Below the pieces are notes generated by a model that was not told the origin of the DNA, made no database searches, and saw only the letters and a program-made list of their open reading frames with translations. From the NCBI RefSeq assembly GCF_009834535.1, contig NC_045698.1, positions 3,722,001 through 3,786,000 of the forward strand: a stretch of DNA of 64,000 bases. Direction: 5' to 3'. The position numbers and the translations under genes were made by a program. The DNA comes from Camelus ferus. Its lineage: Eukaryota. Within the stretch, counting starts at the first letter, position 1, and the number at the start of each line of letters is the position of its first letter. Below, in pieces: positions 36,525 to 48,925 of this stretch.

Positions 36525-36727
36525 TCGTGGTCTCTCAGCCTCTGCTCTATGGACACAGTGGCCCAGATATCATCCTAGGGCCCACGCCTTGCAGGACAGG
36601 GAGCTGTGTCCCTGGCCTCTGCCCACTGATGCTAAAAGCACCACTCCGCCTCTTCCAGCTTGATGATCAAGCATGTCTGCTGAACGTCCCCGGGGAGGCA
36701 GCCTCATCTCTGCGTGAGAACCTCTGG
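36525..36727 (+). mobile_element. MER20-like hAT-Charlie element
   Basis: gtggtctctcagcctctgctctatggaca...tccctggcctctgcccactgatgc...catgtctgctgaacgtcccc...tgagaacctctg. Confidence 0.65.
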
Positions 36728-39700
36728 GTCCGAGAGAGTACTCAGACTCATTACTCCCAGGACCTCTAAGCCTGGTCCTTGGTGGGGAGGAGGGGACAGG
36801 GACAGCACCAGGAAACTACAGGCAGAGGCGGGTTATCTGGAGAGAGGAAGCCGTCCCGGTGAGATGTGTGTTTGTGTAGGCCCGAGGGCTGTCTTCCTAG
36901 GGGACACTTTTAACCGAGCAGCTGATCACAGGGTCAGGGCCACCCTGACTGCCCATCTGCCACTGCTCACTAGGAGACTGCCATCTGAAACCCGGTTCTG
37001 GTTTCTGCCCTCTTTGGAGAGAATAGCAGATGAGGTCACAAGGGTTAATGGGCACTAAAAGCTACTCTGTTCTGTTATTTCTCCAAGGAAAACAAGTCAC
37101 CATGGTTTTTGAATGCAGGTCTCTAAAATAACAATGCTAGCAGTGGCTGCTCACGACGAGTCGCGCAGTTGTCTGTGGACAGCCTTGGATCCGCTTTCAT
37201 GTCCTTCACTCAAAATGGTCTTGGGAGGTAGGCGAAAATAGGTAAATAAGGCATGGCAGCAGACGCTTTTAACCCAAAACAGTAAAAAAGCTTTCATCAA
37301 AGTCATGGAGGCATGAGTCGCCTGTCCCGGGGTCCCTCTGGTGGCGTTTTCCACGTTGAGTCAGCGCCGTTCCCTGTGCGGCTGTTTCTCATGTGTTCCC
37401 TTGCAGGTTTCCCCATCACCAGCGGTAGTCGCTGCTCTTTTGACGTTTGGCGTCCGTGTTTTCAGCAGCTCACTCTGCACTCTTTCCCTCCACCCGCTGC
37501 CATCTTCCCTGGCACCCACAGACCCTGTAGGGCTGGGCTGGCTGCGTTGTTAATTTATAGAATGAAGCCCTGTTCCTGTCCCAACCTTGCCTTTTTCTTC
37601 TCTGTTCAAAGATTCTTCCCAATTTGTTTCCTTCCGTGTTTAAACGTGGCCTCTGCTCCAAGCCATTCTACAACCCCCCTTCCATTCGGCTTCTACCTGG
37701 GGCTCTTCCTTGTACCTTTGTCTTTTCAGCACTAGCTGATGAGCCAGCAGGAGCCAGGGACCTGCCGCTGATGAGCTCTGGGGCCTTGCTTGGGCCACCG
37801 GATGAGTCTCTCCTCATCGCTTCACCTGAAAAGAAGGGCTCATGCTACCTGCCTCTGAGGCATAGCTGGGAGAGTGCAAGATGGTAATTTTTAAAGTGCT
37901 TTGTGAGCTGAAAATGTAAATGGAAAGTAGTGTCTAATTGTTTATGTTTCTTGCTACTTACCTTGCTTCCCGAGTTCATCACAGACCACTTCTTCCATCA
38001 CTCTGTCTTGCATGTTCTTGTTACCCTACTCGCATCTAGCATCTTTTGAATTTCTCCTTATTTCCACTGTTTCCATCTGCTTTAGGTGATATTCTTTAGA
38101 GAGCATGGAAATAAATGCAAACTCCAGAAGCTCTGAGCTCTGAAATGTCCTTGGTACTGACTAATGTCCCTGGCACTGATGGCCAGAACCTATACCCCTC
38201 AAGCAAAAGTGCCAAGATGACTTAAATGGATGGTCCTCCTTCTGGATGGAAAACATCCCTTCCCTTCAGATGCACCTACTGAGCATAGCCTCACCTGCAA
38301 CCGCAGCAGGGTAATCATGTCAAGAAAATGTGCTAGGCTCTCCAGCTCCTCCCTCATCTTCTCTCTTATTCTTTTGTATTTCTTTCTGGGGGAGAGGTGT
38401 GAGGGGAGAGGGACAAGGACCAGAAGTAAAGGAGAGATTCGACCCTGTAGACCTGGAGAGGGCAGCGTCTCACCTTGACACGGCCAACTGGACTCCTCTC
38501 GTGTGTCCACTCCGAATGATGGCTCTGGCTCCCTGGCGTGCTGCGGAGAAGGACCAGCTCACCCAGAAGGTGTTTGTTTACCAATTGGTGATGCCTGGGC
38601 AGGTGCTGGGCTGGGGAGTGGTGGCAAGCATGCTGGAAGTCCCTTCTCCCAGCTCAGTCCAAACTTGGTTAATTTTTCCTTTGGGGTTGTTCATGACTCA
38701 ATTACATAAGAAATTTCTTGACACTTTTACTCTTCTGTGCTTTGGTGCTTATAAAAAAAGGGAATATTTAAAGGCTTTCTAGTCAGTGAAAGGCCCTTGG
38801 TGAGGAAACTTTGTTGGCAGCCTCTGAGCTGCAACAGGCATCTCAGAATCAGAGAGATTTAGAGCCAAGAGGGTTTACCGTCTCTCATTCTGCACTGCAG
38901 CTGCCCCAGCCCCGCTTCTCTTTTTCTCCGCATTCTGTTCAGTAATTGCCACTCTGAGTTCTTTGGCAAAGGAAGCTGTTTCCCTCTCAGTAAAACTTCA
39001 CAGCCATGCGACTTGGATGAGGTGCAGCCATGGAGGAGGAATTGTCAGCATTGCTTTTCTCAGGGGTCCAGAAAGAAAGGGTTGTCTCTTGTGCCAAATG
39101 AGGCGTTCTTTCTCTCTGCTGCGTCGTTCCTGCCCAGTGGGCTTGAGACGGATGCTTTGCCAGCATACTCCAGTTGAGATAGTAACTTTATTTATGCTGA
39201 GCAGTTCTGACCATTCATTACTAATCCATCATCTCTGTTCTACAGGCTATTACTGAGCAGTAATATTGCTCAACTGAGATTCAGGAAGCCAACTGTCACT
39301 TCAGTTGTATTCGGTGGAGTCAACAACCAGGCGGCAGTCATGCTGCAGCTCAGCCCTTGCTGGCCCAGGACATTAGGAAGGGGGTTTTGGGGCTTTTTCA
39401 AGGGAGCTGGCCTTTCTAATCCCTGGGCCAAAGAAAGAAAAAGGGAGTGTTACATTTTCCAATTTAAAATGAATTTTGAAACTGAGAAGGAGAGTTGGTA
39501 TTCAACTAAGTTGAAGATTGAAAAAAAAAAGATACTTATCTTTGGGGTCCACCTGGGGCAAAAAGATAACTGAGAACAGGAACTGAGCTGGCTTTTCTAG
39601 TCTAGAGAGAAGGTACACCAGCAGAGCGTTTCTAGAATGGAAATTGGTAACAGCTACTCAAAGTCTGGGCATTCTAAATATCCTTGAACTCAGTAATTTA

Positions 39701-39909
39701 GTTCTAGGAAGTTATTCTGAGAAATAGCTGGAGGTAATTTCACTCATTAAACTCGAAGTGTGTTTATTATGATGCTCTTGACAATAAAGAAATATGGACA
39801 ACCTAAATGTAACAAGGTTGACATATCATGATGTTGCAGAAAAACATTTAGTCTTGCAGAAATTATTGTTTATTAAATAAAACAAAAAAATTAAAAAAGG
39901 AATATGTGC

Positions 39910-41326
39910 AGCTACAGTAATCAAAATGGCCCAGTACTGGCATAAAGACAGATGTGTAGACCAATGGACTAAAACTGAGAGTCTAGAAGTAGATGTGTAC
40001 ACCTACAGCCAACTGATTTTCAACAAAGGTGCCAAGACCATTCAGTGGGGGAAAGAATAGTCTCTTCAACAAGTGGTGCTGGGACAGCTGGAAGTACACA
40101 CATAAAAAGAGTGAAGTTGGACCCCTATGCAAAAATTAACACAAAATGGATCAATGACCTAAATAAAAGAGCAAAAATCATAAAATACTTAGAAGACAAC
40201 AAAGGAGTAAAACTTCACAGCCTTGTATTTGGTAATGGAGTCCTAGATGTAACACTAAAAGCATGAGCAATAACAGAAAAAAATAGGTAAATTGGACTTC
40301 ATTAAAATAAAAACTTCTGTGCATCAAAGGATATTGTGAACAAGCAAAATGTATAGAATGGAAGAAAATATTTATCAATTATGTCTATAATAAAATTATA
40401 AATTACATATCTAGCATTCAGAATACATAAAGAACTCTTAGAACTCAACAACAAGAAGACAAACAACCCAATCAAGAAAACGGGCAAAGGACGATGAATG
40501 GACATTTTTCCAAAGAAAATCGACAAATGACCAACAAGCACATGAAAAGGTACCCCGTGTGTCACCAGGAAAATGCAAGTCAAAACCACAGTGAGATACC
40601 ACTTCACACCCTCTAGTATGACTATAATAGTGGTTAAAAAAAAAGAGGAAAATAACAGATGTGGGTGCGGCTCTGAAGAAACTGAAATCCTCGTGGATTG
40701 CTAGTGGGGATGTAAAATATTTTGGCCTCTGGGGAAAACAGTTTGGCAGTTCCTCAAAAAGTTAAACATAGAATTTCATATGACTTTGCAATTCCACTCC
40801 TGGGTATAGACTCAAAAAAGTTGAAAACAAGTTCTCAGCAAGTACATGGTTATAGGCAAAAGGTAGAAATATAAACATACAATAGCCAAAAGGTAGACCT
40901 AGCCCACGTCCATCGACAGATGAACGGATAAACGAAATGTGGTCCATCCATACAACGGTGTAGTATTGGACCATAAAGTGGAATGAAGTCCCGATCCACG
41001 TTGTAACCTAGATGAACTTTCTAGAACATTGTGCCAGCTGAAAGCAGACACGCACAACAGGTCACATATCTATGATTCCATTTATATGAAGTGTCCAGAA
41101 CAGAGTAATCCATGGGGCAGAACGCAGACTGGTGGTTGCCAGGGGCTGGGGGGAGGGGAGGACGGAAAGAGACTCTTTAGCGATGAGTGGATTTAACTTC
41201 CAGGTTTGAAACTAGACACAGGTGGAGACCACACAACAGAGAGAATGTACAAAATGCCATTGACTTATCCACTTTAAAATGGTTTATTATATATATGTTT
41301 GACCTCGATGAATTAGTTTGAAAAAA
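39910..41326 (+). mobile_element. L1MB-type LINE: ORF2 3' part and 3' UTR
   Basis: gctacagtaatcaaaa...caactgattttcaacaaaggtgccaagaccattcagtggggg...gcaattccactcctgggtata...gactggtggttgccaggggctgggg...cactttaaaatggttt. Confidence 0.92.
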
Positions 41327-41363
41327 GCAGTCTATGCAATATCCTGTTTTTGTTAAAAATGTT

Positions 41364-41392
41364 CACACACACACACACACACACACATACAC
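41364..41392. repeat. (CA)n microsatellite
   Basis: Directly visible. Confidence 0.9.
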
Positions 41393-41491
41393 AAAGGAAA
41401 AGGCTGGAAGATGGTTCATTTGTAAAACTGCTGACCATTTTCATCTCTGGGAGGCGGGATTCCAGGATGGGCAGCAGGAAGGCACAGCCTT

Positions 41492-41540
41492 GCCTGGGTG
41501 CTGGGGCCTGGATGCTGGGGCCTGGGTGCTGGGGTCTGGG
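41492..41540. repeat. 14-bp tandem repeat GCCTGG(G/A)TGCTGGG x3.5
   Basis: gcctgggtgctggg gcctggatgctggg gcctgggtgctggg gtctggg. Confidence 0.85.
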
Positions 41541-42744
41541 CCAGAGCGGCCGGCTCGCTCCTCAGTCCCATGACCCTGGGAGTGTTACTCAGCTGCTGGC
41601 TCAGAGTTGATGTCGGGGTGAATAAGACAATGGGCAGCAAGCCCCCCCAGGCAGGGCCCAGCACACATCAGTACTGGTGAGTTCTTACAGTTTTTAAAGG
41701 CAATCAAGTTTATTTATATTTTTTAAATTTCCTACAGTGAAAAAAGTGAAAAAACCAGGCTTCGTTATAATATTTGGCAGAAGTGTGGAGAAAGAGGACC
41801 AGGCCCCTCAGCCCTGCAAAGCCAGGCCACTGGGACCTCCTCGGGGAGGGGCAAGGGCTTCAGAGTTAGTGTGCGGTAAGGAAGAGAATTGTAAACAGGG
41901 CTTGGACCAGTCCCCACACACATGCTATTAGTGTTAATGTGCACTGTTGAAACTTGAAAAATAATGGACATTGAATAGAGACTTTCCAGTGGGGTTTTCT
42001 TGCCTGGAAGGCTCCACCCCTTCCCTCAGGTTCATGCTGGGATTTCGGAGCCTCCTGGTACATTGTCTTTCCAGCATTCGTTACAGCTCTCAGTTACATA
42101 CCGAGGTTTGCTCAGTGAATGCTCCTCTATCAGGACAGAATACTCCACAAGGCCATGCACAGTGAACATTTTGTTCACTTCTTTCCCCAGTTTCTGGCTC
42201 AGCACACAGAACCAGTGTGATAAACGTATTTGAATGAATTGGGGTGAGAAGACAGAGACAGGTAATCATTACTAGATGACAGGCTTCCCAATCACTGATC
42301 CCATTAGACCATCCCTCACCAGGAAGATCGTCTCATGAGAAGGCCAAGCAAGCTGTTGGGTTGTGTCGGTGCTGTGGGTGGGCAGGTGGGGATCCTGCAG
42401 CTGTTTGGGGGGCACAGGCCCCTTCCTGATGCCCCTACACATCGTCCAGCTCTCCTTTCCACTCTGGCCATCCGTGCATCACTGCATACCCCCTCCCCCA
42501 GGGTACTTGTGCAAAGTGTTTAGGGCTGGGCAGCATCTTTTAGGTGCAGAGAGCAGTAAGTAGGAAGGGGTGTGATTCTGTCTTGTCCTCTATTGCTCTC
42601 TGTACCTACTCAGTGTCGATCAGAAGGTGGAAAATAACCCTCAGCAAAGTCTTCAGCCTGAGAGCTGTCCCTCCAAATACGAAGACCATGACTTAAATTT
42701 CCAAACTCATGTGATCTCATGATTCCAGGTAATGATTAAAGACT

Positions 42745-42832
42745 GAATCAGAATCTTTCGTGTGAGGACCTGGTATTCTGAATTTTACATCACTTTCCCA
42801 GGAGATTTTTATGATCAGACAAGTCTAGGAAA
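42745..42832. mobile_element. MER5-like hAT fragment
   Basis: tgaatcagaatct...ggacctggtattctgaatttt...ttcccaggagatttttatg. Confidence 0.5.
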
Positions 42833-44082
42833 AGTTTGCTCAAATGAAAAGTGTAAGAAGCAAGCTGTTTTAGAACCTTGGAAGTTGCAGCATTCACAGG
42901 AGCCCCATGGTGGGTATGGAGGATACTGAAACACTGTCATCGTCTGTGTCTCAAGATCCTCACTTCTAGGAACCACTTGGGTTAAAGCCTTGGTCACTAA
43001 CCTTCTTGTGGACTCTTCCATGCCCCGGAGGAGTGGAGAAGCTGGCAAAACTCACAACATCAGTTTCTTGGATCTCTTCTTTGGTGAAGAAATGGCTTCA
43101 GAAAGGGGATGCTCAGGGTGTCCTGTCATTGACACAGAGACCTCGCAAACATGGGCATGAGAGATCTCCACCTTGGTAAGCCTGCTGACACTACTCCGGC
43201 TTATCATACCTGAAGGAAACCTATCCTCCAGGGCCCTTTCCCGGGCAGAGAGAAGCAGACATCTGAGACTTACTGTGACTCAACTTTTAGGATGCTCAGA
43301 TGATATGGAAGACTCAGAAAGGAAAGCTTCAGCTCAGCTGTAGATGTGGCATTTTAAAGCCATTCGTAAAAGGGCCCCTGAAGTTTGTAGAGTTGAATCC
43401 AATATAAGTAAAAAAAAAAAAAAAAAAAAAAAGAGAGAGAGAAAAAAAATCTGCAGACATGGTGGGCAGTGGAGGTGACGGGGACATTTATTATTATTTC
43501 CTAACACCACCGCCACGGACCACGGCAGAATGAGATGTCATGCAGATCAATCAGGAGATGAAATTTCTCTGTGAGTTCAGGATGCTGCCAAGACTTACTT
43601 GTTTCCCTCTTTCTCGGGGCTCAGAAGCCTCCTACAGCCGAGTGGCCCTTTCTGCTCATCTGCGTTTTTATTGGAATGCATTTGTTGGGTTGGTCTCTGA
43701 GATTGCTCTGTGTGTCTGTCGGTCTTCAGAGATACCTGGCCCTAGGATGTGCTCCAGAGGCCAAGGGCCAGGGAAGCAGTGAGACATCGTAAAGGGGTCT
43801 CACAGGAAAGAGCCAGAAGCCTCAAACCACCCAGCAAACTTGGCCACTGCAGAGTCATTTGGGAATGGAGGCCTCCCCAGAGATAAGGCTGTAAGGAGAC
43901 CCTTCACACCTGACTTCTCCCTTTCCATCCTCTGTCTTTGGAGGCGAGTCATGGAGTCCAGCCCACACTCAGAGAGCGCAGTGGGGGTGGGTCTATGCCC
44001 CTCTCCTGGGGAAGGGTATTTACCGGTGTGACGCTGGGAACCAACTTTTGCTTTGTTAATTTTCTCTAGGGTAGACAAACCC

Positions 44083-44263
44083 ATTTAATTTAATTTATTT
44101 TATTTTTCTAAATTTACCCTTAAAATTTTTTTAATGTTTTGGGTGGGAGGTAATTAGGTTTTTAAAAATTTATGTATTTATTTTGATGGTGGTGTTGGGG
44201 ATTGAACCCAGAACCTCGTGCATGCTGAACAATCACTCTACTACTGAGCTATACCCTCACCCC
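44083..44263 (-). mobile_element. Camelid tRNA-derived SINE (vic-1 type)
   Basis: gggaggtaattaggttttt...ggggattgaacccagaacctcgtgcatgctgaacaatcactctactactgagctataccctcaccc. Confidence 0.9.
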
Positions 44264-44264
44264 T

Positions 44265-44549
44265 ATTTTACTTTTTAATTCTTATTTTTTATTGTAGTGT
44301 AGTTGATTTGCAATGTTAGTTTCAGATGTACAGCAAAGCGATTTGGTTATGCTTATACATACATATGTGTATTTTTTTCAGATTCTTTTCCATTACAGCT
44401 CATTATAAGAAACTGAATATCATTTCCTGTGCTGTACAGTAGGACCTTGTTGTTTATTTTATATATATTGGTTAGTATCTGCAAATCTCGAACTCCCAAT
44501 TTATCCCTCCCTACCCTCTTTCCCCCTGGTAACCACAAGTCTGTTTTTT
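44265..44549 (-). mobile_element. Short cetartiodactyl-type L1 3' end adjacent to the SINE
   Basis: tagttgatttgcaatgttagtttcagatgtacagcaaagcg...cctgtgctgtacagtagg...ggtaaccacaagtctgttt. Confidence 0.88.
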
Positions 44550-47099
44550 GGACTACTTTTTACAAAAGGCGGAGTTCAGACATCAAGGATGACTCAATCC
44601 CATGGCTTTCCTCACTGCTCTGTGGACCCGTCTCCATGTTCATCCTCATCCTGAAGGTCACCTCCACCTGGACTTCCCCTGCCGCATCTGCCTTGGGAGC
44701 TCTGGCCATTACAGCGTCCTAGGAGCTACATGCCATGTTTCTCTCCTGATGCACTGTCAGCCACGTGGCATCACACCAACCGCAGAGTGCCTGGCGTGGA
44801 GCAGAGTGGTTCAGTCAGGCACCAGCCATATTGGCCAATTTGCACCCACAGCCATGCCTTTCTTAAGAACACTTACTCCTTGGTGTCAAGTAATCCCAGA
44901 ATAACACAGGGAAAAGTGTGGAGTGAGGAAGTGACCTCTAAGCGAAGAGCTGGCTCCGTGTAAGGTTATGCAAGTTTAGGAGGCGTTCGGATCCTTGAAA
45001 CTGACATGCACCTCGAGCTCTGACAGCCTTTTTCTGTCAGATCCCAGAGTGCGCTCAGCCCCCTCTGATGGGAGCACAGAAACTGACAGCAGCAGACAGT
45101 GACCGCTCTTGAAATGGATTCGTTCTGAGCCTCCTCATTTCTTGCCCTGATGTGCCTTGGTTCGGTTTAGTTAAGTAGGAAAAAATTGCTTCCCCGGCTG
45201 GAATTCTGAACGATGATTCATTTTGGTGGAAGCGCTTATAATTAAAAACAGTCACAACAAAAACGAGGCATTAGAACATATGAGTCCTGGACAGTCGGCG
45301 AGCCCAGGAGGCCCCGCCGCGACGGCAGCAGATGTGAGAGCAAATTAAATTCACGGCTCACTTGTGCCCCCTTCCAGGGGCGTGCGCTCCAAATTGGGCG
45401 GTTTATGCAAGTGACTAAAACGTGTGGCATGTCCTTCTTGGAAATGATTATGCATATTTAAGAGTCATTAGGATGTCAGAAATACATAGGTGTGAATATC
45501 AGGAAGAAGTGGTGCTTGCTTCGGGCCAGTCAGCCGCAAGCAGACTCCCCTGGTGGGGAAGGAAGAGGGAGGCAGAGAGGGTGACTGATGTACAGATGGT
45601 GCAGCATCAAGGTGGACTCAATGTGGGGACGCCCGGGCAGCATCACGGTGACATTGTGCAGACAAGGGATGCAGGGAGCTCATTTCCGTGCTCCTCAGCA
45701 CACGCTGCTCCTCCAGCCGAGGGCAGGGAGACGCCGCCGGGCGGTGCAGCACTGTCTGGGCCGAGTGGCAGGAAGCGGTGATGCCAGTGCCCTGGAGGGA
45801 GGCTGAAAGCTTTCCGGCCCTTTCTCCCAGCATGGGGCACAGTGGCTTAATGGCCCAGGGGTGCTCAGGGCCTGTGCCTGGGCAACAGCACGATCACTCC
45901 AAGGCTGCAGAGGTGAATCTGAACATTTCCTGTACATTCCAAAACAGCACTTTTGAAATCCTTTCGTTGGCCTAGTGCCATGGGGGTTAGTGCCTGGGGT
46001 GGTCCCACTGTGGTGAGCTCCACGGTGGAAGTATTTCTGGACAGGATGTCTGAACAGGGAGATTTTGGGCCAGGAGAGTGAAGGTCTCAGCCAGGGCCAG
46101 GCCGGGTGTGGGGGGTGCTGGCTGAATGGGGCCGGCGGGGGCAGCTCCCCGCTGGGAGAGTCTGTCAGCCCCTTCCTGCTCTCCCTCACACTGCTCTCCA
46201 TCTCATGCTGCTTCAGCTCGACTCTCAGCACAGAATTTATGGAGGACACAGTCCTGAGGGTCCTCTGTTGCTGCTGAGCTGGTCCCAGAGCAGGGAGAAG
46301 AGCCCTTTGGGGGCTGGGCAGGGGGTCTCTGTGGAGAAAGAGGGGACTGGCTTGAAGGTCTTGCCCAGGGTCCAGCTGCAACTCTGCTGGGTGGTCTGCT
46401 GGGGTCGGGAGGCGTCACTGTCGCTCCCACCCTCCATGTCAGACCCTCCGAGCCTGTTCCTTATGGCTGTGGGTTTCCATGGCGGGGCTGGGTGGGGACA
46501 GGCGGCCAGATGGCCTCGCTCACCTCCTACCTTTTCAGAGACAATGCCTCACCTCGTGCTTTGGAGGCAGGCGCACCAGCTGTTGCCCAGCCGGGGTGCT
46601 TGAACGTCCCAAAGAGGTTGGAGCTGAGACGAGGTGTGAGCTCCACCGGAAGGAGGTCTCAGGTGCTCGTTGGTGTTGGAGTTGCCAGCAGGGCGGGCTT
46701 GGCCAAGCTGGGGTAGTGAACATTAGTACTGAAGATGCCAGTGACCTCAGGACCCGCCCCCTGCCCCCTCCCCAGCGGCCCTATGCCCACACAGACCAGC
46801 GTGTTCCCTCGTCCTGGGTTTTAATCCTCAGTCTCAATGAAGGGGGTTGGGACAGGGACACGGGGTGGTTCTCATCCCTGACTTGGTGGTGTCTTCCTTC
46901 TCTGAGCCCTCACTGTGCTTTCCGGCTAAATCTGCAGGGTGCAGCCTATTTTTCAAGGATTCTTTGCAAGTCAGCCCTGTGCTCCTGGGGCACAGGCAGC
47001 TCACATAAGGACCACCTCCTGCCTCCTCTGGGAAGCCCCACACTGAGTGCAAGAGGCTGGGAGAAGCCAGGTGTAGGTCCTTGGGAATGTCATGAAGGG

Positions 47100-47534
47100 C
47101 TGGTACAGCTGTGATGCAGCACCAGCGAGAGGGCAGCTTCAACAGCATAACTGTATTGTCTCACGGTCTGGAGGCTGGAAATCCACAATCAAGGTGTCAG
47201 TGTTGGCAGGGATGGCTCCTTCTGAGGCTGCTTCAGGCCCCTCAGTCCCCTGGTTTGCTGGCCACCTTTGGAGTTTCATGTCTTGCTGAAGCATCATCTG
47301 GATCTCTGTCTTCATGTTCATGTGGCATTCTTCCTGTGTGCATGTCTGTGTCTAAATATTTCCTCTTTATAAGGACACCAGTCATGTAGGATTAGGGTCC
47401 CACCCCACTCTACTATGATCTCATCTACATTTAATTACATCCACAGGGACCCTATTTCCATGCGAGGCCACAGTCTGAGGCACTGGGGGCGGGGCCTCAG
47501 GGAATTCTTCAGGGACCCCACTCAGTCCACGACA
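47100..47534 (-). mobile_element. MaLR LTR (MLT1C-like)
   Basis: attgtctcacggtctggaggctggaaatccacaatcaaggtgtc...ttataaggacaccagtcatgtaggattagggtcccacccc...taattacatccacagggaccctatttcca. Confidence 0.85.
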
Positions 47535-48056
47535 GACTGAGGCTGGCTTTCAGGGCTGGGGGTTTCCTACTCTCAAGTGCACTGGTTGGACTGGTTTCAG
47601 CAGAGACAGAAATGACATCACTTCTAATTCCTGTAAGAGTAAAAGTGAGGTCCATGCCAGTGTGCTTCCTGGGCATGAGATAGCTTCAGTTTTAGAGGAG
47701 CTGACAGACGGCTTCTGGGATCTCACATTGTTCTCCAAATAGAATAGCAAATTACTCCAAAAATAGTTAAGTAGTCAGTACTGTCTTCATTCAGATTAAA
47801 GGGAAGACCAGTCCTGAGAATTGGAGTTCCCTTGTAGAATTCCTCGAGAAATGCAGTTTTATCTTTTTAGCCTGGATACAGCCCAGCTCCACGTGACAGA
47901 GGCCCTGGGTGTGTGCGAGGTATGGGGTCGAGCAGGAAGCAATGGGGGCTTGTAATGGTTCTGTCAAAAACAAGCTGATTAGAACTGATTGGGGAAATGA
48001 GTTTTTCAATCCTTTTTGGTAATATTTTAATTTTTAATAATTGTTTGACTGTGTAC

Positions 48057-48421
48057 TTTATTTATTTCTATTAAAGTATAGTTGATTTACAATGTTATAT
48101 TAATTTCTGGTGTATAGCATAGTGATTCATAGTGTGTATCTATAAACATCAAACTCCCAATTTATCCCTTCCCACCCCTTTCCTCCTAACTATAAGTTTG
48201 TTTTCTATGTCTGAGTCTGTTTCTGTTTTATAAATAAGTTTGTGTCCTTTTTTTTTTTAAGATTCTACATATAAGTGATATCATATGGTATTTTTCTTTC
48301 TCTTTCTGGCTTACTTCGCTTAGAATGACAATCTCCAGGTCCATCCATGTTGCTGCAAGTGGCATTATTTTATTCTTTTTTATGGCTGAGTAGTATTCCA
48401 TTATGTGTGAGATAGATACAG

Positions 48422-48461
<40 letters not shown>

Positions 48462-48925
48462 ACAACTTTTCTATCCAGTCATCTGTTGATGGACATTTCA
48501 ATAGCAAAACACAAACAACCCAATAAAAAATGGGAAGAAGACCTAAACAAGCAATTCTCCAATGAACACATACAAATGGCCAGTAGAAACATGAAAAAAT
48601 GCTCAATATCGCTAATTATCAGAGAAATGCAAATCAAAACTGCAATGAGGTATCACCTCACACTGGTCAAAATGGCCATCATTGAAAAGTCCACAGATGA
48701 TAAATGCTGGAGAGGTTGTGGAAAAAAGGGATCCCTCCTACACTGTTGGTGGGAATGTAGTTTCGTGTAGCCATTGTGGAAAACAGTATGGAGATTCCTT
48801 TAAAAACTGAAAACAGACTTACCCTTTGATCCACCAATGCCACTCCTGGGTATAAATAAGGAAGAAACTCTAATTTGAAAAAAAATACACGCACCCCAAT
48901 GTTCATAACACCACTATTTACAATA
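48057..48925 (-). mobile_element. L1 insertion with 5' inversion: - strand 3' end 48057-48498, inverted (+) ORF2 segment 48499-48925
   Basis: Orientation switches at ...ctgttgatggacattt|caatagcaaaacacaaacaacccaat.... The inverted part gives ORF2-like [24 protein letters not shown]. Contains ~(CA)17 at 48424-48458. Confidence 0.9.

Noticed and set aside
39910..41326. L1 ORF2-like peptides
   Set aside because: Fragmented by stops and frameshifts; a dead retrotransposon.
45695..47114. 228-aa and 211-aa ORFs
   Set aside because: GC-rich chance ORFs with non-ATG starts, overlapping in several frames and with no recognisable homology.
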